From assembly GCF_009914755.1 (NCBI RefSeq), contig NC_060934.1: 64,000 bases of DNA; one strand, 5' to 3'. The DNA comes from the human T2T-CHM13v2.0 reference genome, Homo sapiens. Made by a program: the position numbers and the translations under genes. Below the pieces are notes generated by a model. The model had not been told where the DNA came from. It worked only from the letters and a program-made list of their open reading frames with translations, and did not search any database. Positions 1 to 15,096 of the stretch are shown one piece after another (positions within the stretch are counted from its first letter, which is position 1; each line of letters opens with the position of its first letter).

Positions 1-1609
1 GGTTCACATTTCATTATTTGTAAAGTTACCTGCTGTTAGCTTTCATTATTTTTGCTACATTTATTTTATTTGTATTTAAATGTTTTAGGCAACCTAAGAA
101 CAAATGAAAAAGTAAAGATGCAGGAAAAATGAATTGCTTGATATTCATTACTTCATGTATATCAAACACAGCAGTAAAATAAAAACCCATGTATTTAGTT
201 TTTTTTAAGGTTTTTTCTTTTGTGATTTTTGTTTTTTGATACTTGCCTAACATGCATGTGCTGTAAAGACAGTTAACAGGCAAATAACTTGAAATGATGG
301 CCAGCTTGGTTTAATGTCTTATGAAATTTTCATGAACAATCCAAGCATAATTGTTAAGAACACATGTATTAAATTCATGCAACTGGAATAAAAGTTTTAT
401 GAATGGACTTTTCAACTACTTTTTCCACAGCTTTTCATGTAACTTAGTCTTTTGGTTCTGAAACTTCTCTAAAGGAAATTGTAGATTTTTTGAAATTTAT
501 TCCTTATTCCCTCTTGGCAGCTAATGGTCTTTTCCAAGTTTAAACACAAAGTTTATCATAACAACAAAAATGCTACTAATATCACTGCTGTTTGCAACCA
601 TGTCCCAAGATCCCCTCTCAAAGTTTATCATAACAACAAAAATACTACTAATATCACTACTGTTTCCAACCATGTCCCATGATCCCCTCTCTTCCTCCCC
701 ACTCTGAAAAAAATGAGCTCCTATTTTTTCTGGGAGAGGGGGAGATTGATTGGGAAAAAAAAAAAAAGGAATATGTTCCATTTAAAATTTTGGTATATGG
801 CATTTTCTAACTTAGGAATCCACAGTGTTCTTGGCCTATCATGACGTTGGGTAGCATTAACTATGTTTTGTGCTTCCAAATCACTTTTTGGTTTCTAAGA
901 GTTTCTTGATACTCTTATAGCTTGCCTTCAATTTTGGTCCCTTGTTCTTTCTATGTGTCAAGGGCACAAGATTACCTTCCTTTTTTAGCGTTCTGTCTTG
1001 TCACCAGCCATTCCTACTTGGTGGCCACGTACTTGGAAAAAGGCTGCATGATCTTTCTGGCTCTACTCAATATCTAAGACATCCTGCTTCCTTTGCTCGC
1101 ATCCCACAAACTACTTCCCTCATCCTATTTACTGCAGCAAATCTCTCCTTAGTGTGTTTATCTCCTTTTAAAACCCTACCTATCCTGAATTGTCTGTCAT
1201 TGTCTGCCTTTAAAATCCTTCCTCTTTCTCTCCCTCTATTCTCTAAATAATGATGGGGCTAAGTTACACCCAAAGCTCACTTTACAAAATATTTCCTCAG
1301 TACTCTGCAGAAAACACCAGACAAAAATGCCATTTTAAAAGGTGTGTTTTTTCTTTTAGGATGTAAGCTCCTCAAGAGCAGGGACAATGTTTTCTGTATG
1401 TTCTATTGTGCCTAGTACACCGTAAATGCTCAATAAATATTGATGATGGGAGGTAGTGAGTCTTGATGATAAGGGTGAGAAATTGAAATCCCAAACACTG
1501 TTTTGTTGCTTGTTTTATTATGACTGCAGATTAAACTGGGGACTATTGGCCCTTTTGGATAATTGTCCCAAATATTACATTCAAATAAAAGTGCAATGGA
1601 GAAAAAAAA
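1..1609 (+). pseudogene. Processed pseudogene of YWHAZ (14-3-3 zeta), 3' UTR part only; the CDS would lie upstream of the window
   Basis: Follows the remembered YWHAZ mRNA 3' UTR (GGTTCACATT..CATTATTTGTAAAGTTACCTGCTGTTAGC ... CCCAAATATTACATTCAAATAAAAGTGCAATGGAG) with scattered substitutions; AATAAA at 1584-1589, genomic A8 at 1602-1609, then unrelated sequence. Which YWHAZP locus it is cannot be determined here. Confidence 0.85.
547..690 (+). repeat. 72-bp tandem duplication (2 copies) inside the pseudogene
   Basis: CAAAGTTTATCATAACAACAAAAA...GATCCCCTCT at 547-618 and 619-690, with about 4 mismatches; appears as a 24-aa repeat in ORF 521..781. Confidence 0.95.
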
Positions 1610-3032
1610 TAGGAGACTTGGAATTAAAAGATTAAAATGTACTTCTGGCTCTGCTGAATCACTTTAGGAAAGTTGAATAATATCTCTTAGCCTATTTTTT
1701 AAATCTATAAATGGTTGCATTAACTGTATGTTTCCTAAAGTCTACATTAGCTCTAAAATTATTTTATCTCTTGCATGAAGTTATTATGCTCCAAATATTT
1801 AAGGGATTACAGGTTTAAGATAATATAAACATATATTGTGAAATGCTGGCCATTTATTAAAACGGGTGTAACGAAATCTGTTGTTACACTGGGGGCAGGG
1901 AGCAAGAAGGGGGTGGATATCATACTCAGTGAAAGCAGTGACATTGAATTAAACAGCAAGTTTTCCATTTGTTTACTTGATCAATTCAAAAAAATCTCTT
2001 AAAGGCATATGAAAAGGTCACTGCAAATCTCACATTTCTGCTATTCTGTTATGAAGAACCCACTGAAAATATTTTGAAATAGCCACTTCGCCTGTGGAAA
2101 GTTTACAGAGTAAATTGACAATATGTCTTCGCTGGCAGAGGCAACCCATGAACCTGCAACAAGCCAGTTTATCACTTTTTGTTTATTTAATTTTAGATAG
2201 ATGTAGCTTGAAGTGTTTTTATTTTTAGTATGAATAATAAAACTGAGGGTGATAGGAATCTGTTTGGCTCTGAGCTACCACCACTGGAATTACCAGGACT
2301 TTAAAATTCTCTCTTGCAATGGGAGATTGCTGGGCCCTTACACAATCTTCTTGGGAGCCGTTAAAACGGTCCAATTAGAGCTGTTTATCGGTTTTCATTG
2401 TGACACCTCCTGACCTTATTCTTTCCTGCACCTCAAGCCTCTAGCACAGTAGTTATGCCCTGTCTTCAAATCCTAGTCATGCTGAACCCTGGGGCCTTGA
2501 TGGCTATAGCACCCTATCCTACTTGACAGGAGAAGAAAGGGACAATTTTCTATCATTGCTGTCATTATTAATGACTTTCCTATGAGTTAGATTTACTGTT
2601 TTGTTTTTTTTTTCCATCTTTGGTGAACTGGGATCAACAGGTCATTGCATGTGGATCAGAAAACAATTGATTGTTACAACTAACTATATCTGTCCCACTA
2701 ACAATCAGCTTTAGAGCTTTCTTCAAGTACCTTGCCGATCACTTTTCTGGATAAGTCTCTTTTGTCTCCTTATTTCTTTAGAGTCAGGATTCCTAGGTAC
2801 TGGGTTCTTCTTCCTCAGCCTTAACATTTTCCACAGGGGTCCTCTGTACTAGCTTCCAAACAACCTGAATAGTGCTTGCTAGTGCCAGATTCTTGGAAAT
2901 AGATATGCATATTAGCCACCATCCCACTCCACCTTGACCTCAGGAATCATGATCCTAGTAAGTCAGAACTTTCCATGTGCAACATGAACTTGTTATCAAT
3001 CCCACAAGGACCAAGAAAATGGATTCTAATGA

Positions 3033-3535
3033 TTTTTAAAAATGATATATTGACAAATTATAGTTGTATATATTTATGGGGTAAAAAGCAATGTAATGAT
3101 TTTTGAATGCAATGTGGAATGTTTAAATAGAGCTAATTAACCTATTCATCACCTCAAATATTTGGCATTTTTTGTGATAAAAAACATTTGTGGTTTACTC
3201 TCTTAGCTATATTGAAATATGCAGTATTCAGTGATTAGCTATATTCACCACACTGTGCAATAGATCTCAAAAAACAAACAAACCACAACAACAAAAACCA
3301 AAAACAAACTCATTCTTCCTATCTAAGGCTTTGTACCCTTTGTTATCATCTCGCCAATCCTCCACCATCCAGTCTCAGGTAAACACCTCTTCCCTATTTG
3401 TTTCTATGAGTTCAATTGTTTTAGACTCCACACGTCAGTAAGAACATTCAGTATTTGTCTTTATGTGTTTAGCTTATTTCACTTAGCCTAATGTCCTCCA
3501 ATTCCATCTATGTTGTCATAAATGACTCCAGGGAT
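3033..3535 (-). mobile_element. Old LINE-1 (L1MA-type) 3' end fragment
   Basis: Typical antisense L1MA 3' UTR text (TTGTATATATTTATGGGG..., GCTAATTAAC.TATTCATCACCTC, TGTGCAATAGATCTC, GCTTATTTCACTTAGC.TAATGTCCTCC). Confidence 0.8.
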
Positions 3536-5140
3536 TTTTCATCTTCCTGTAAACGTTCAGAATTTTTCAAGCTTGGAAAACTATATAAAATATTTCTTTC
3601 CAGTTCCTTACTTTTCCCCCTTATCATTTCCTGGAGTTAAATACAACCTTCCTTTTGTTTACTCTCCACACCCAAGCCCCAATTTCTATATTGTGATGAT
3701 GATGATAAAAATATTGATAAGTAGATGAATAGTTAAATAGATATGTGTGTATTTGATATAGGATAGATATATTTGATATGTATCTTGCTATAGCAAGAAT
3801 GTCCTAGGGATATACAGATAAATGGAATCTTCAGATTTGCCCTGTTTGCATGTTGTGACAGGTACAACTGATAAGCCTATAGCCCCCTCTACTGGGAGGA
3901 TTTTCCCAGATTTATCATATGCACCTCAAGCAGGTGGTCTTTGTAAACTTTCTTTGAGTACTCTTGATCATGCCCTAATTAACTTAAAATCCCACCACTG
4001 TTCTGATTTATAGGATGCTACATGGATCCAAGCGTCTAAAGTGCATGAACTCTTTTTCTCAATAAACTCCATTTTCACTCACTCTGAAGATTTGGCAATG
4101 GGTTCGAAGTCCATGTTCACCACAAACATACCTTTATTTATCTTTCTATCCCTCTTGAACATCTGATGTCACTAGCTCATGAGATTTCTTAGGGATAGCA
4201 TCTCATTAATTGATTATTGGACATAATGTAGTAGGTGTCTGTCATGTACACCATAATAAGAAGATCTGTAGATACAGAGAAAGATGTGAGGTACCTTGTT
4301 TGGTATGTTTCCCTATTGACTTTTGCAAATACTAAAAAACAAACAAACAAACAAAAAAACAAAAAAAAAACCAATGCAACACATAGGGTAGATGACTTTT
4401 ATAATTTGTGTTCTGAAACTACTTAATAGCTCCAAATAATACCTTTTTCTTAAAAAGAGGACATGAAGTTCCCCAAGCATACTCCCAGACCCTTAAGTCA
4501 ACACAAGCTGACCAAGTATTGAGTATTGAGACTAAGTATTGAGAATGCTGTTCTTCTCTGAGGCTCTGACTTGTTACAGGAATGTGGTTTCTGCCAACTC
4601 TCCGAGGATGGAGAACTAAAATTCTGTCCATCATCCTCATAGGTTTGAGGTTCCCAAGAATGAGAGCAGTGCTATTCTGGGAGGCTTTTGGGTTGCAATG
4701 GAAGGAGCCCTGGGTGAGTTATGAGTGAGTTGGGGAATACTATCTTTAAAGAAGCATTATTTACTTCTCTCCTGGGGGTAGAAAAGTAGAAATGACAAAT
4801 GGAAATTTTTTAAATGACAAATTTTAGGTTCCTTGGATCATATTAAATGAAAAATTTCAAAACTGTAGACTATGTGTATGTACCCAAATGCATACTTGTG
4901 CAATGACTTTAAAATTAAGTAGACAAAAAGGTACATGCAGAAATGGAAATTACAACAGTCACATGATATAAATTATGTCTTTTAAATATTCATTAGCAAA
5001 AATGATCTCAATCATCATTATCATTATCAATCATCATCATCATAGTTGACATTTATTGGTCATTCATTATGTTTAACTCTTCTCTGTTTCTTTGCAGGCA
5101 ACAGCCAAGTTGGAAATAAGTTTGGGGTATTAGAGGTCTA

Positions 5141-5556
<416 letters not shown>

Positions 5557-5688
5557 AAAAACATGGAGCTTGAGGTAGCTTTCAGCTCAGCTCAGTTATA
5601 TGGGCTATGTAGATAGTATTGTTTGAAGTCTCTAGAAATAGGCTGGCAAAGACCATGTATAGAACAAAAGACAGAGTTTTAAGATAAA

Positions 5689-5785
5689 CTTTTCCTTTCC
5701 TTCCCGCCTCCCTCCCTTGCTCCCTTCCCTCCTTTCTTCCCTTCTTTCTTTCCTCCCTTCCTCTGTTTTTTTTTTTCTTTTTATT
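5689..5785. repeat. Low-complexity CT-rich tract
   Basis: TTCC/CTCC/TTTC runs followed by poly-T. Confidence 0.8.
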
Positions 5786-8700
5786 TCCAAGAACAGCTAT
5801 TTAAAATCTGTAGACCTTCTTTATGATCTTTGGTTGGTCCTTGTTTGGTTCTAGGATGGGCACCTCTTTAAACTCTATAGCATCAATCTGTTTGCTCTTG
5901 AATTGTTATGAACCAGGAGCCATATCTGAAAGCAAAAAGCCTTTTTGTTAATAACCCTCAAGAAATGCAGTATATTCAAAGAGACCAAGAATAAACTACT
6001 GTGAAGCTGGCTGTGTAGACAGCACGAAACAGATGGCATAAACATCTCCTTAGGAGTGGAAAATTAGTGTTAAATTATATACTGAATCAGGGCAGAGGTG
6101 TTTCAATGATTATCCTTCTCTAATTCTTTTTCAAATTAGATTTTCTTAAGTTATGGCCACTTCCTTTGGAACATCTAGGAAAGGCATACATTACACAGTG
6201 CCAGGACCAAAATACTAAAGCAGATCCCACCTCAGCCCTAAGCCTGAGGCTGTTTATATAGGGTACTAGCTCTTTCTGGCACACTGGCTCTTTTGATTAT
6301 TAAAGTCAACTTTCAGGAAGAGTTCCAAAGGTAACTGTCATGAATGTGACAATGACAGAGAGCTGAAAGTTAATCTTTCCCACATCGCTTTTATTTGCTT
6401 CTTAACAGAACAATATTTTAACCAAAGGAATTGAAACTTCTATTCTGGAATTTCAAGTCTTTTTGGAGAGTTTGTAGGGGATGTATACAGATGGGGCATG
6501 AATTCCTTTTGAACCCCCTTTCTTACCCTTCCTCCTTTCCTACTGAATTCATATTATATAGACATCTATCAACAATGCAGACAAATAATTTGAATCCTGG
6601 TTCGGCCATTTGCTACAAATATGCTCTTGGGCAAATTACTGGTCCTGTCTCTGAACTTTCCTCATTTACAAAATATGTAAGGACTAAAGTAAGTAATATA
6701 TAAGGTGTTATATCTGTCCCCTAATATTAATTCTTCATCACACATGATAATCTTTGTTTTCCAGAGATTGAGTGGTTCTTCTCTTTACTCCACAGTCAAA
6801 ATTAAACCGTGCCAAACCACTTATTCATTCTCTCACTTCCATACACCAAAAGTTTGCAACCTCTCTTGCATTAAATTTTGCAAGAATTGCAAAATGATTA
6901 ACATTCGGAATATTAGGCATGACTTTAAGTAGTAATAGCAGAAAAAGGAGGTCCTTATCATTCAAAGATTATCATTAAATTATGATATTTAAACTATAAC
7001 TTTAACATATCATTTCAAGGGCTATTGCTAAGGTGGTTTGATAGGAGCAAAAAACTAGTTGAAAAGTCAGATGGAGGGATAAGGGAACTAGATAGAGGGA
7101 TAAGGGAATAAAATAAGAAAATGACAAATACAGCAAAAGAGAGCTGAGGACCTTATGAGATGGTGAGGAATGAGGACAGAGCCGACCTACATGTGACATA
7201 CCAAAATCATGTTTGGGCTTCTAGGTGGCAGGGAGCAGGCGGGGATGCTATGCATGGTGTTGAAGATAAGGACTTTCCCAACTGAAGAGACTATGAGAAA
7301 AATGAAAGGATGGACATCCTTTTTATACTTGTTTAGACTGTTCCAAAGGCTGGTCTTCCGGGCATTTCTGTCTCAATATATGCAAAAGCAAAACAAAGTG
7401 GCAGAGATAGTTACACATTTCGGTCTGGAAGTGCATTCCTGTCACAGAGCACCCATTGCTTTGATCCAGTATTGTTCTTCTTCTATTTTTTTCCCCCAAG
7501 AATCCAAGCAGATTACAATGATGAAGACTCTCCCTTGAGAAAGCCAGAAGGCAGGCATTTCTGCATGCTTGCTCTTTCGGTCGACCTTTGTTAGAGATGA
7601 TTTGACATTTTCTCTACTTTCAAACCCCAAATTAAGTCTAGGCCTCTCATCAGTCTATTTTCAAAATCATGTCATCTTATTTTTCTTGCATGAAACACAC
7701 AGATGGGTTTTTGTGATAAGGCACTCATTTCTAGCCTCTTTACACTTCTCCTTCTTGTATGCAGTCAAGGGCACATTAAAAAAATATCAGCAATTTGTAT
7801 TGCAGATAATTCAGTCACTTGAATTTGTATTTTCTAATCTTTGGCATACAAAAGAAAAGATAACATGAAACAAGTTCTTTTATCATGGCAGGGTTTGCTT
7901 GGCATGCAATATATAGTTCATCTAATTGCTCATTCAGTAAAGAGTTGCTGGAGTAGGTTGGGGCAGCGGATAGACTGCAATGTTACTGTGTACTTTGCTC
8001 TAAGTGAAAATCAGAAAGGGGGATAATTAATTTTCTTAGGGTTGTGTTATCAATTACTGTGTTCTCTTTTCCTTTTTAGATAATAGCCATGGTGTTTGTA
8101 CCAAATCATTTCAAGAGACTACGTGGCATGTGTAATGAACAGTATCTAGAAATGGAGAGGATCGACACAGTGCACGAGGCTCTTTATGGAGACAAGAGCT
8201 GCAATCTTTATTGTAAGAGACTTCCATTCTCGGGCACAGGAAGTTTCCAGAAGACTGAACCCATCTAATGTGCACTGGGTGGAGGAAATATGGTTTATAT
8301 TAAAGAAGTGTCCCAGGTAAATACACAAACAGATGCATGAGTCTCAGAGGTATAGATCTGGCTACTGATTAGGATCAGATCATTGGCTGGAGTCTTATCT
8401 TCAGCATCAAGTGAACAATTGAGATTTTGCTGGGCTAGGTTCTCCTCCATACAAAAATTATCATCTTGGTGCCGGAATTTGGATTTGGGAATGGACAAAG
8501 GTCAATAGCTGTACATTATATATTCTGTGTCTTGCATCTGCAAGGAACAACTAACCATTTTCTAGAATCATAGGTAGTCCTAAGAAGTTAGAAGCAAAAT
8601 TATACTGTCTTGATCATGACCTTACTTTGTATTTTCTCAAAATTTTCTAGCTACAGTTTCAACAACATACATTTATATTTGTTTGGCAATGGCTCCTACT

Positions 8701-11700
8701 ACTTCCTCCAGGATTCCAGGGAGTTTGAGAGTAGATGCTTGCATCTTCCTAGTGTTCTGCTCATGTTAAGGACATATTAAATGCTTATAAAATGAGTGAA
8801 CACATAAATGACTGCTAGCCCATAAAGCTCTTAAAAAGTACAGAAAAGGTCAGGTGTCTTTTGTAGAGTCAGCCAAGATCTCCTGCCTCGCTGACTGATT
8901 TTTCATCCAATAAACACATATTTGGTACCAGGAATAATGAGAGGGTAGTTTAACACATGGTGATCTCTTTGCTAAATACAGGGCACATTGGAAAGGGGTT
9001 ATGGAGTAAATACAATGAAGAATAAGCATGCTTTCTGCTTTTAAGCAACCATAATCCAGTGAACTACACAAGGACATAAACAAAGAGTTAATAAATGTGC
9101 AAATTATTCTAACAGAAGTGTGTTTATGGTTCTCTATGAGTGGAGATGAGTCAGTCCAGGAGGTTTGGAAAGGTGCTAAGAGGAGGTAAAATAAGAGCTT
9201 TAGCCTTGACCTTCAAAGGGAAGCTAACTTGGCAGAAATGGAGATTTGGGGTAAGGAAACCAAATGGACAGACAGAGAGGCACAAAAGATCCAGTGTTCA
9301 GTTCCACGCCTTACACCATACCAAATGAATGAATGAATGAATATCTGTCTTGCATAGCACATTAACTTCCCAATGATCCTCTGCTGCATATGCACAAACA
9401 TTAGAGAATTCTTTTCAGGGTGTTTCCCTATTACAGCCATTTGGCGATGTGAGAAATTACATTCAACAGCCCAGAAAACTACCCCCAGAGCTTTCATTAA
9501 CATCTGTGTATCATCTCCTTGTGCTGGTAAATATCTCTATTCGTATCTCCAGTCACTCTGCCCCAGTTTTAATGCTGGCAAATAAAACTCAAGCACTCAT
9601 CAGAAAATAAAATATTTACCCAGCACACTACCTCAAACAAAGTTACTGTATTGGTGCACCATTTTAATAACCATTGAGCACATGAATTTAATGAGATAAA
9701 GGATGTATTTTATCCAGAACATAAAGATGTACTGATGGTGATCAGAGGAAATGTGGGAGCCACTTCTCCAGCTAAGGTCTCCCCATTAGGAAGGGGAGAG
9801 CATCACAGTAAAGTGGGTATGAGCTGCTGGGGCATTTGATTATTCTTTTTTCTTCCTTTCTACGCATCAGCTGTGTCTACTTTTAGATAATCTGGCAAAA
9901 ACCTTATTACTATGTACTGGACCCTGAAGGAGACCTGGAAAGTGATCCAGAAAAAAGAGGAGCTATGAGATCTCTGTGCTTTTTCAACGTATACAACCTA
10001 CTATCTGCTACCTCTGAAGCCAGAGTGGACATTGAAGAAGAATAAGATTATTTTAAAATTTATTTTGTGCTTTAATTCAGAGGAGAAGAAAAAGGCTACA
10101 ACAACTTTATATTCCTGTTATTACTGTGATTCTAAGTGCTCTGCTTAGTGGGAATTTGAGGCTCTCTATGAAAAGGGTCCTGGCCATTCCAGCATCTGCT
10201 CTTGTCTTTGAACTCTATTTGCATTTTCCCAATTAAGCCACATGGCTTTAAAATTTTATGCTTTTGTGTATGCTGTTCTCTCCTGAAAGACTCCTATGCA
10301 TCCTGTAAAACCCATCTCCAAACCTAAATCCTAGAGACAGAGAAGAAACTGAATCCCTCTACCACCCTTATGGAGTATCGTTGCTACTGGTATGCATGGT
10401 ATATGAGGACAGGGAAAGTGTTTGCCTTGCGAATTACCCCAACTCCTGCATTCAGAACAGCTCTTTTCATAGAATAAATGCTCAACAAATATTTGTGGAA
10501 TTAATAAATAATCAATGCTGGAATTTATTCAAAACATGGAGATTTTAAGCTTGCTTTTGTGAATAAGCTCCCTTACCCTCCTTGGCCTGGCTTAGATCAT
10601 ATTCAGACGGATGAATGTTTGGTGGAGTTCTCCAAACACTCCCTGATTTATTCTCAGCTCCCTGATTTATTAAGCTTGCACCAACTCAGACGGCTGAGCT
10701 CTCCCCACCCTCCACTGCATACATATTGCTAAGTCCCAGGAGAACTGTATTACACATACCACCTGCCTCCCACTCCCCTCCCTGTATTCATGGTTTTTAG
10801 TAATATTAGTGAGAAGAAATGTTGCTGCCTTCAAAATGGTGAGTAAAAGTGCCAAGCCAGTGTATGATATGCAGAGGTCTTCCACCTGCCACATAAACAA
10901 CAAGAACAAATAATAGAAGTAAAAGGTACGTCTCCTCCAGAACAAGTGCTCACTGAGTATGTATCCTGCAAAGGAGAGCAAGGCGACTGACTACGTAGGA
11001 CCCACCATACGCCCGTGTGATCCAGCTCAGCAGAGGGATGAAAGGAAGGAGGGAGGCCTGGGGCTGTAGGAAAAGATTTCTGGAGAAGGAACATGGGACA
11101 GAGTTAGTCTTAAAAAGAAAGGAAAGCCTCAGATGCATAAACAAAGTGGGAGAACTCCAGGTAGGGGCTGAGTCTGTGAGTATGCTCTGCAGACAGATAG
11201 GCAGACAGGCACAGTTTGTCCCTAGGAGATGGGTAGGTCACATGGTCCTTGCTGCAGAGCCATAGGAGACAAAGTTAGAGGGAGAGACCAGAACTGGTAG
11301 GCATTGAATGCTGGAGTAAACAGTTTGGACTCCACCTAACACAAGTTAGACACCATTTTCATTTGCTCTCTGAAGCCCCTGTGCTCTAAGACGGACTCTC
11401 AGTTGTGCTGACAAACATTTCAAGATAGAGCCTCAGAGAATATATTCTCAGTTGCTTTTCCTCCAAGTCTGAGTCCTTTGCAGCATCCCTCCCCAGCGGT
11501 CCCAGGAGGCGAGTATCCTCACTCATTTAGGGACAAATACCAGTAGCTGCTGTAGGTGATACTTTCTCTTTATTAGCAAAGCCAATTTCCAGTGCTGAGT
11601 ACCTAGAGGCACCCTGTGGTTTTCCTGTGTTTCTTTTACTGTCAAGCACAGAGATGACGGTGGCAGTTCTGGCCTGGATCCTGAGAAGAGTGACTGTATT

Positions 11701-13067
11701 TTAAGTTCCATTTGGATGCAAAGAGACAAGGAGGCAGATTTTTTTTTTTTTTCATTCTGAAGTTATTGATAGGAAAACCTCACCGGCTCTGCTGAAGCTG
11801 GGGTAATGTTTTCTAAAATTGTGAAATTCTGAGCTGATGCCAGTGTCCACAGAATCCTGTATGCTAATTTATGGCGGAGCTAGAAAGTGCAATTTTGAAA
11901 TGCATTTTCAAATCTGTGGTGTTGAGTGAAACATTATTAAGTGTGTATTATTACCTCAGTAGATATCAGTGATGGTTTAACTATCAGAAAATTTCACAGC
12001 ATATGTAATATTATCAAAATGAATCAATACCTTAACCTCGAGGCTGATTCCTCAATTACTGTAACTACCAGTTGCTATTTTGAATGCTTTTTACACTCTG
12101 CTCCCCCTTTAGACTGTCCACGCTGCCCATGTGAATGCAACTGAGAGCACAAATAAATTGAGCATGAACAATTAGACTATTCAGCTTTGGGTGATCTAAA
12201 GAGAGATGTGAACTACCATTACATGGCATAGTGATTTTGAATCTCTGGGCTGAGGCATGACTCCGGCTTACTGAATCTCTTAGTCCTGCCAGGAGTAGAA
12301 GCTGGGATTTTTAAAGACCTGAAGCAATTCTAAAGCATCTGATGTTTTCAAATGGTAATGAAGAGTTTGGCCAAGATGCTTTACATAGCATCTAACAGAG
12401 CTATTATCAGCTATGATGTTACTCAGTGGGGCTGCCATTTAAAACTGCTTTTTTAGGGCAGAGAAGATCTAGCTTTGAATGGTGATTGAAGGACACTAAG
12501 CTTCTGCCACTGCTGGGAGAGGTCTAATTTTATACTGTAGTGTAGGGACATGGCTCTAGCCAGAGGACCTTGTGCGATTAAACATGGTTGGGGAAGACAC
12601 AAGACCACTCTGCTTTGCCTTCTTTTTTGCTGTAGCCTGAAGCCAGTTTGCTGCCCTTGGGGAGGAGATAAAATCTGAGTGGCAAAATAACTGAGCTCCA
12701 GAAAACAAAGAAATAAATCTGGCAGTTTTCAGTGATCCTGCAAAGCAAAACAAATCAGGGATACCTCACTGACTAATAACCAAAGGTGTCAATAGCTTTT
12801 ACTCACCCACTATCACTAAGTCCACATTTTCTGGCAAGTCGCAAAGCAACTGGGTGCTTGCAATATAATCCAGGCTGGGGAAAAGAAAATTGCATCAATT
12901 ATAATTAACCTACTGTAGATAAAGACTAGTGTTTTTGGTTTTGCTCTTCTCATGAGATTCCTAAGGTAATGGAAACCTAGGGAAATAACAGTGTTTGCTG
13001 GGCCCAGGTTAGTGGCATAAATCTAAATGTCAAGCAAAGTTGGGCAGGTAAGTGAATTAGTAGAGAG

Positions 13068-13586
<519 letters not shown>

Positions 13587-15096
13587 GAAGGTGAACAGGG
13601 CTAAGAAGATGCTATATTGAAGGGTCTGCTTCATTAAAGGGAAGTGGAAGTGACTTAATTTCAGCCAGTTTCTATGCAAGGACAGAGGCCTACTATTATT
13701 GCAAATCATCTGAATTTTGGTGAAATTTTTAGTTGCAAGAAGCCAATTTGCTATTTTTGCTTAAAATTCTGAGACCCATCTGTCAGATAGATGTGGTCAG
13801 TAGGCCACCAGTTTAAGACAGCAGGCCTTGTTATGATTACTGCAAGAGGAGAGTGGGCATTATTTAAGGGAGTGTTGTGAAATGTAAATTATAAAATAAT
13901 AAAAAGCAAAATTCTCAAAGTGTGGAGAAAAATATAAACTTTCACCAACTGATTCCTATACTTTGATCTCTAAGAGGCTCTTTCAAAACCTCAAGTAAGA
14001 CAAAATGCGCAGTATTCTTTTCTAAAGAATGAACATGGCCATTCATACAATATGTGAACAAGGAAATTGTGCATTAGACATTTCCTGTGTGTATCTTAAT
14101 TAATTACCCTGAACTGAGACCTGTGCTTATTATGGGCATGAATGCCTCTATGGGGGATGTTGGCAAATAATGTTTTGTTTTGTTTATTTCTGTCGACAGC
14201 AAGGCCAATTAGTACATCTGTGCTGTATCAGGAAAATGTGAGCTGAAATGAGAGTGACATTCAGAAAAGATTTCTTTTCAAGCTCTATGTCTTTAGGAAG
14301 CCTCCGTGCAGTGACCTTATACTTGGAATTCAGCTTTCAGCTGGTATATCCAGCATTAAAGGTGACAGGGAAAATAAAAGTCTTCCTTCCAAAGATTGTG
14401 TGTGCCTTTGGCAAAGGTTATAGATGTGATGCCTTCGAACATCCTTCTTCATGATGGCTCTGTCGCTGGAAATGGGCAGAGAAGAGAAAAAATCCGCAGC
14501 AAGCTAAAGCTGTTTTCAAAGTAATGATTGTCAAATCCTGTATCTCTTGAATGCAGAACAAGTGTGGGTTTCATATTTACATCTAAATATCTGGATTGCT
14601 TATCATTTTGTTTCCTTCCTCTTCTTTCTTGTCATATTTATGTAGATATAGGATTAAAAAAAAAACCCAGTGTGAAAAAAAAAGAGCAAAATACCCCAGC
14701 CTCACAATAACAAATTTTTGAGATTAGAAGCAACTCATTAACTTACGCTGGTCCTGGACTTTTTCCCCGGCTCACCTTGTTTTTTGGCCAGGGATAAGAG
14801 AAGGCAGGAGCGTAACATGTGCCCTTTCAGTCCACTGTCACTGCCTGAAGGGATCCAGATGCTTCTAAACATGGCTGATTACAGGTCATTGTCATTATTT
14901 TCGGCAATTATTCATTCACTGCCCAGGGTAGGCCGGGAATTGGAGGCAGAGACAAGAAGTGACAAAAATGCACTTTCGGATTTACAGTCCTTCAGATTGA
15001 TTTGTTATGCACCAACACTCCTCTCTGATTGCTCAGGTCATTTCAAGCTTTTGGCATATTCACAGTGCTCCCATCTACCCGTTAGAACCCCACTGA

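Noticed and set aside
521-781. ORF with a 24-aa internal repeat
   Set aside because: Antisense reading of the 72-bp duplication in a pseudogene UTR.
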